From contig CAJULF010000006.1 of NCBI GenBank assembly GCA_910587135.1, forward strand, positions 8,518-72,517: a stretch of DNA of 64,000 nucleotides. The letters run 5' to 3'. The notes below the pieces were generated by a model. It searched no databases and had not been told where the DNA came from. It was given only the letters and a program-made list of their open reading frames with translations. How positions within the stretch are numbered: the first letter of the stretch is position 1; each line of letters starts with the position of its first letter. Shown here one piece after another: positions 59,663 to 64,000 of this stretch. The translations under genes and the position numbers were made by a program. The stretch is from an uncultured Oscillospiraceae bacterium. Its GTDB lineage: Bacteria > Bacillota > Clostridia > Oscillospirales > Ruminococcaceae.

Positions 59663-61018
59663 GTGAAAATTCAGCTTTCGGATCATTTCACCACAGGCAG
59701 ACTGATACGATTTGTGTTGCCCTCGGTCGTTATGATGATTTGTACTTCTGTATACAGCGTGGTTGACGGGCTGTTTGTGTCAAATTACGTTGGAAAAGTG
59801 CCGTTCGCGGCGCTTAATCTTATATCGCCGCTGCTTATGATAATGGGTACGATAGGCTTTATGATAGGCACGGGCGGCAGTGCGCTGGTTGCCAAAACGC
59901 TCGGTGAAGGCGATAAGGAGCGCGCAAACCGATATTTTTCGCTTCTGGTGTACACCGCAGCGGTTGTCGGCGCGGCGCTGAGCGTTATAGGGATAGCTCT
60001 CGTACGACCTCTGGCGCTGCTGTTTGGCGCAGACGAGGAAATGCTGGAGTATTGCGTTATTTACGCGAGAATAATTCTGATAGCGCTTGTGCCCTTTATA
60101 TTGCAGAATGTATTCCAGAGCTTTCTGATAACAGCGGAAAAGGCAAAATTCGGCTTGATAATTACAATATCGGCGGGAGTAACCAATATTGTTCTTGACT
60201 TTCTTTTGGTTGGCGTTTTCGGGTTCGGGCTTGAGGGCGCAGCGGCAGCCACCGCTATCAGCCAGACGGTCGGCGGTATTGTTCCTTTGATATATTTCTG
60301 CCGAAAAAACAGCAGCCTGCTGCGGCTCGGAAAAACCAAGCTTGAGTTCAGCGTATTATGGAGAACCTGCTCCAATGGATTCTCGGAGTTTATGACAAAT
60401 ATTTCCGCGTCGATCGTCAATATGCTATACAACCGCCAGCTTATGGATATAGCGGGACAGGACGGCGTTGCCGCATTTGGCGTCATTATGTACGTAAACT
60501 TCATATTTATAGCGATTTTTATTGGATTTTCCATAGGTTCCGCGCCGATAGTCAGCTTTCATTACGGAGCGAAAAACGAGGGTGAGCTTCAGGGTCTTTT
60601 GAAAAAGTCGCTTGTTATAATCGGAATAACGGGAGCTTTGTTGGCAGCACTTGCTCAGGCGCTCGCTTATCCCCTGTCAATGCTGTTTGTCGGATATGAC
60701 GAGGAGCTTTTCAGGCTGACGCTCAGGGGGTTCAGACTGTATTCCATCAGCTTTATTGTATGCGGCTTCAATATTTATTCGTCGTCATTCTTTACGTCGC
60801 TCAACAACGGTATCGTTTCGGCGGTCATATCCTTTTCAAGAACCTTTGTGTTCCAGGTGTCGATGCTGTTTATACTTCCGATTTTCTTGAAAGGTGACGG
60901 AATATGGCTTGCGATAGTGGTGGCGGAACTTCTGGGCTTGCTGGTAACGATTTTCTTTATTTTCTCTCAGAGAAACCGCTATGGATATTTTCCGCAAAGG
61001 CGGACAGCAAAGGAATAG
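59663..61018 (+). CDS. MATE family efflux transporter
   Basis: About 12 TM segments; 'YSVVDGLFV', 'NIVLDFL', 'GAAAATAISQ'; GGAGG RBS, GTG start. Confidence 0.94.
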   Translation: MKIQLSDHFTTGRLIRFVLPSVVMMICTSVYSVVDGLFVSNYVGKVPFAALNLISPLLMIMGTIGFMIGTGGSALVAKTLGEGDKERANRYFSLLVYTAAVVGAALSVIGIALVRPLALLFGADEEMLEYCVIYARIILIALVPFILQNVFQSFLITAEKAKFGLIITISAGVTNIVLDFLLVGVFGFGLEGAAAATAISQTVGGIVPLIYFCRKNSSLLRLGKTKLEFSVLWRTCSNGFSEFMTNISASIVNMLYNRQLMDIAGQDGVAAFGVIMYVNFIFIAIFIGFSIGSAPIVSFHYGAKNEGELQGLLKKSLVIIGITGALLAALAQALAYPLSMLFVGYDEELFRLTLRGFRLYSISFIVCGFNIYSSSFFTSLNNGIVSAVISFSRTFVFQVSMLFILPIFLKGDGIWLAIVVAELLGLLVTIFFIFSQRNRYGYFPQRRTAKE

Positions 61019-61053
61019 CGGTAAAAAGTCGGCAAACATTAAGATTCCGGACT

Positions 61054-61245
61054 TAGTTTGTAGAAAAATCCCATATGCCACGCAATGTCGGCGCATGAAA
61101 TTTCAAAAAGTGTCGGAATTTGCGAAGCAAATTCTGACCGGTTCCCGCAATCGCGCGGAGTGAGCGTAGCGAACGGCGCGTGATTGCGGGAATTTTGAAA
61201 TTTTTTAAAATAATCTGCCCTTGGTCAACTTTAACATACGTGCTT
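61054..61245 (+). mobile_element. MITE family 1, copy C
   Basis: Closely similar to copy B interior; flanked by degenerate 27-bp target copies at 61027 and 61245. Confidence 0.85.
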
Positions 61246-61271
61246 GTTAAGAAACGTTATGTTTCCCGACT

Positions 61272-61442
61272 TAGACTGTATATAAAGGTTGACCAAGGGC
61301 GAATTATTTAAAAAATTTCAAAATTTCCGTTAGTCATACTCCGTTCCGCTGCGCTTCACTCCGCATGCCTAACGCAAACGCACGACTTTTTGAAATTTAA
61401 TGCGCCGACATTGAGTGGCAAATAGGCTTTTTCTAAAAGCTG
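61272..61442 (-). mobile_element. MITE family 1, copy D (inverted)
   Basis: tagactgtatataaaggttgacc...tttttgaaatttaatgcgccgac...ggctttttctaaaagctg; followed by palindrome agtcgggaaacgttacgtttcccgact. Confidence 0.87.
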
Positions 61443-61512
61443 AGTCGGGAAACGTTACGTTTCCCGACTTTTGCGGATTTGGTACACTGTACAAGATTGT
61501 GCGGTGCTGCCT

Positions 61513-61677
61513 TTAAAAGGCGTCCATCAACGAGCCTATTGTCTTGAACGCTTTTGCCGCGGTCATACGTTTAAAGCTGTGATGGCTGCTGACGGATTTT
61601 ACCGCCATGAAAGCAAGTCCGCCCGCGATAATTCCCGCGGCTGTGCTCTTTATAAGGCATTGGGTTTTTCGTGACAT
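61513..61677 (-). CDS. Small protein (54 aa) with one hydrophobic segment, absent from the ORF track
   Basis: AAGGAG RBS 8 nt before ATG; MSRKTQCLIKSTAAGIIAGGLAFMAVKSVSSHHSFKRMTAAKAFKTIGSLMDAF*. Confidence 0.7.
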   Translation of the reverse strand: MSRKTQCLIKSTAAGIIAGGLAFMAVKSVSSHHSFKRMTAAKAFKTIGSLMDAF

Positions 61678-61773
61678 TTCAGTTTCTCCTTTGCAGGTGA
61701 TTTCAGAAATATAATCCGCAAAACAGCGTAAAATATTCCTCGCTCTATAAAGGGAAATTATTCAAATTTCCCG

Positions 61774-62027
61774 CAGCCTGTAGAAAAAGCCTATTTGCCG
61801 CGCAATATCGGCGCATGAAATTTCAAAAAGTCGTGCGTTTGCGAACGCAAACGCGCGCGGTTTCCACTAAGCATGCCAAGTTTTGCGCAACGAGGAGGTT
61901 TTGCCTTATGGCAATTTGTTGCAATTTGCGCAAAACTTCCGGAACGAAGTGAAGCGGAGTATGCTTAGCGGAAATTTTGAAATTTTTTTAAATAATTAGC
62001 CTTAGGTCAACCTTTATATACAGTCTG
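61774..62027 (+). mobile_element. MITE family 1, copy E, with 23-bp target duplication
   Basis: agggaaattattcaaatttcccg (61751-61773) and agcgaaattattcaaatatcccg (62028-62050); ends cagcctgtag / tacagtctg. Confidence 0.92.
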
Positions 62028-62262
62028 AGCGAAATTATTCAAATATCCCGTTGGTAATTTAAGCTGTCGGATTTTTATGCGTATTTTGCTGTTGTGGTCC
62101 TATTCCGTAGTTTTGACAGCATTATGCACATTTGATTTTTTAAATATTACGCTATGGATTGAGGTTATTGTGACAAGTGCCCGCAGTCCTGATAAAATGT
62201 TTGTTGAAATATAGTAAAATTCCACAAAATGCAAGTTTATATAAAAATCTTGCAAAAACCTC

Positions 62263-62291
62263 TTGACATTTCAGCTGAAAACAGCTATAAT
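62263..62291 (+). promoter_or_regulatory. SigA promoter of amtB
   Basis: TTGACA-17 nt-TATAAT. Confidence 0.85.
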
Positions 62292-62298
62292 ATAAACA

Positions 62299-62356
62299 TA
62301 GCAAAGAGGCTATGGCAGAAATCAATGAGGATTTATGCCATAGCCCTTTTCTTTTA
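62299..62356 (+). promoter_or_regulatory. ANTAR-target dual-hexaloop RNA overlapping a terminator
   Basis: tagc-AAAGAG-gcta and aaatc-AATGAG-gattt (A1/G4 loops); terminator ggctatggca...tgccatagcc-ctttt. Confidence 0.82.
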
Positions 62357-62436
62357 GAAATGGCTGTTTTTGAAGTTGGTGATCTGAAATCCTTCAACAT
62401 GACGGTCAGGAACATATTTGAAAGGGGCGGTCTTTA

Positions 62437-64000
62437 ATGAACGCAATTTTGACGGCAATGTCCGAATCGGGAAATGCCGCAATTCAATCGGTGGTTGACC
62501 AAACGATGTACAACGTCGGCGATGGCAACGGTATCTGGTATCTGATAGGCGCGGCATTGGTTTTCTTTATGCAGTGCGGCTTCGCGATGGTGGAAACAGG
62601 TATGACAAGGGCTAAGAATGCCGGAAACATCATCATGAAGAACCTTATGGATTTCTGCATAGGCACGGTGGTTTTCATTCTTATCGGATTCGGGCTTATG
62701 CTGGGGGAGGACGCGCTGTTCGGTCTGGTTGGCATTCCGACTCTTGATATACTGACATCATTCACAAACTTTGACCGCTGCGCGGAGTTCGTGTTCAATC
62801 TGGTATTCTGCGCGACGGCGGCTACAATCGTTTCGGGTGCAATGGCAGAGCGCACAAAGTTCATAAGCTACTGCATATATTCGGGCGTTATCAGCGCGAT
62901 TGTTTACCCGATCGAGGCTCACTGGATATGGGGCGGCGGCTGGCTGGCGCAGCTTGGCTTTGTGGATTTTGCGGGTTCAGCCGCCATACATATGGTAGGC
63001 GGAGTCTGCGCGATTATCGGAGCTAAGATGGTCGGTCCGCGCATCGGCAAGTTTGACAAGGACGGCAAACCTAAGGCGATACTCGGGCACTCCATGACGC
63101 TTGGCGCACTTGGCGTATTTATCCTTTGGTTCGGCTGGTACGGTTTCAACGGCGCGGCGGCGACAAGCACGGATTATCTGGCGCAGATTTTCCTTACAAC
63201 AACCATTGCTCCCGCGGTGGCTACCTGCGCAACGCTGCTCTATACATGGATAAAGAACGGCAAGCCCGATGTTTCCATGTGCCTTAACGGCTCACTGGCA
63301 GGTCTGGTGGCGATAACCGCCCCCTGCGCGGACGTTGACGCGGTCGGCTCGGCTGTTATCGGACTGGTTGCGGGACTGCTTGTATGCTTCGGCGTATGGC
63401 TGCTGGACTATGTGCTTAAGATAGACGATCCTGTCGGCGCTGTTGCGGTGCATGGCTGTAACGGTATCTGGGGCACACTTGCGGTAGGTTTATTCGCAAC
63501 GGGCAACGGTCAGAACGGCATTACGGGTCTGTTTTACGGCGGCGGTGCCGGTCAGCTTGGTATTCAGGCGCTGGGTATTGCGGCGGTTATCGCATGGACG
63601 GCGGTGGTAATTTCCATTACATTCCTTGTCATCAAGAAAACTATCGGACTCCGTGTATCACGCCACGAGGAGGTCGTTGGTCTTGACGCTACGGAGCACG
63701 GTCTGCCCTCCTCCTATGCGGACTTTATCCCTACAATGCATATAGAGATGTCCACAAGCGGCAAGGAGAAGGAAGTAGACACCATGAAGCAGGTTACCGC
63801 GGCATCTGCCGCTCCTGCAGCGGAAGCCGTTCCCGTTTACAAGCGCCGCACGGACGGCACGGAAATGTCCAAGGTTGTCATTATCTGCAAGCAGGAGCGC
63901 TTTGAGGCTCTCAAAACCGCAATGTCGGAAATCGGCATTACGGGTATGACAGTCACAAACGTTCTCGGCTGCGGAATGCAGAAAGGATCAACGGAGTTCT
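62437..64000 (+). CDS. amtB: Ammonium transporter fused to a C-terminal P-II domain; truncated by window edge
   Basis: FFMQCGFAMVE, DFAGS, LWFGWYGFN, IDDPVGAVAVH; same frame continues into 'MSKVVIICKQERFEALK...GITGMTVTNVLGCGMQKG'. Confidence 0.93.
   Translation, partial: MNAILTAMSESGNAAIQSVVDQTMYNVGDGNGIWYLIGAALVFFMQCGFAMVETGMTRAKNAGNIIMKNLMDFCIGTVVFILIGFGLMLGEDALFGLVGIPTLDILTSFTNFDRCAEFVFNLVFCATAATIVSGAMAERTKFISYCIYSGVISAIVYPIEAHWIWGGGWLAQLGFVDFAGSAAIHMVGGVCAIIGAKMVGPRIGKFDKDGKPKAILGHSMTLGALGVFILWFGWYGFNGAAATSTDYLAQIFLTTTIAPAVATCATLLYTWIKNGKPDVSMCLNGSLAGLVAITAPCADVDAVGSAVIGLVAGLLVCFGVWLLDYVLKIDDPVGAVAVHGCNGIWGTLAVGLFATGNGQNGITGLFYGGGAGQLGIQALGIAAVIAWTAVVISITFLVIKKTIGLRVSRHEEVVGLDATEHGLPSSYADFIPTMHIEMSTSGKEKEVDTMKQVTAASAAPAAEAVPVYKRRTDGTEMSKVVIICKQERFEALKTAMSEIGITGMTVTNVLGCGMQKGSTEF

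Noticed and set aside
61471..61674. Plus-strand 67-aa ORF
   Set aside because: No RBS; the opposite strand has a better-supported 54-aa gene
1..64000. tRNA, rRNA, transposase, integrase or prophage genes
   Set aside because: No such sequences or motifs recognised by eye; a dedicated scan would be needed to exclude very divergent ones

Overview
Chromosomal window from a Clostridia (Oscillospiraceae/Ruminococcus-like) gut bacterium; the taxonomy is inferred from gene content, not confirmed. Most genes are housekeeping and on the + strand: rimP-nusA-ylxR-L7Ae-infB-rbfA-nrnA-truB-ribF, gltX, a Gld-like ABC exporter, an EF-G paralog, aroF, tyrS, rubrerythrin, ruvCAB, glmM, ecfAA'T-truA, a Clp ATPase, oadGB, a MATE pump and an AmtB-PII fusion running off the right edge. 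I saw no rRNA, tRNA, CRISPR array or transposase. The notable signals are mostly non-coding: (1) a ~170-250 bp CAGnCTGTA...TACAGnCTG element inserted into hairpins with 21-27 bp target duplications; (2) related hairpin elements occupying 5'UTRs, plus two other TIR-bounded miniature element families; (3) a Tyr T-box separated from tyrS by two paralogous lipoproteins and a GNAT; (4) an AT-rich gene bracketed by recombinase-like sites behind a promoter, next to a 148-bp foldback; (5) an ANTAR target RNA before amtB and an unrecognised attenuator before the MATE gene. Coding oddities include a CCA-enzyme paralog that has lost its template motifs, a probable ATC start for L7Ae, and an unannotated 54-aa gene.
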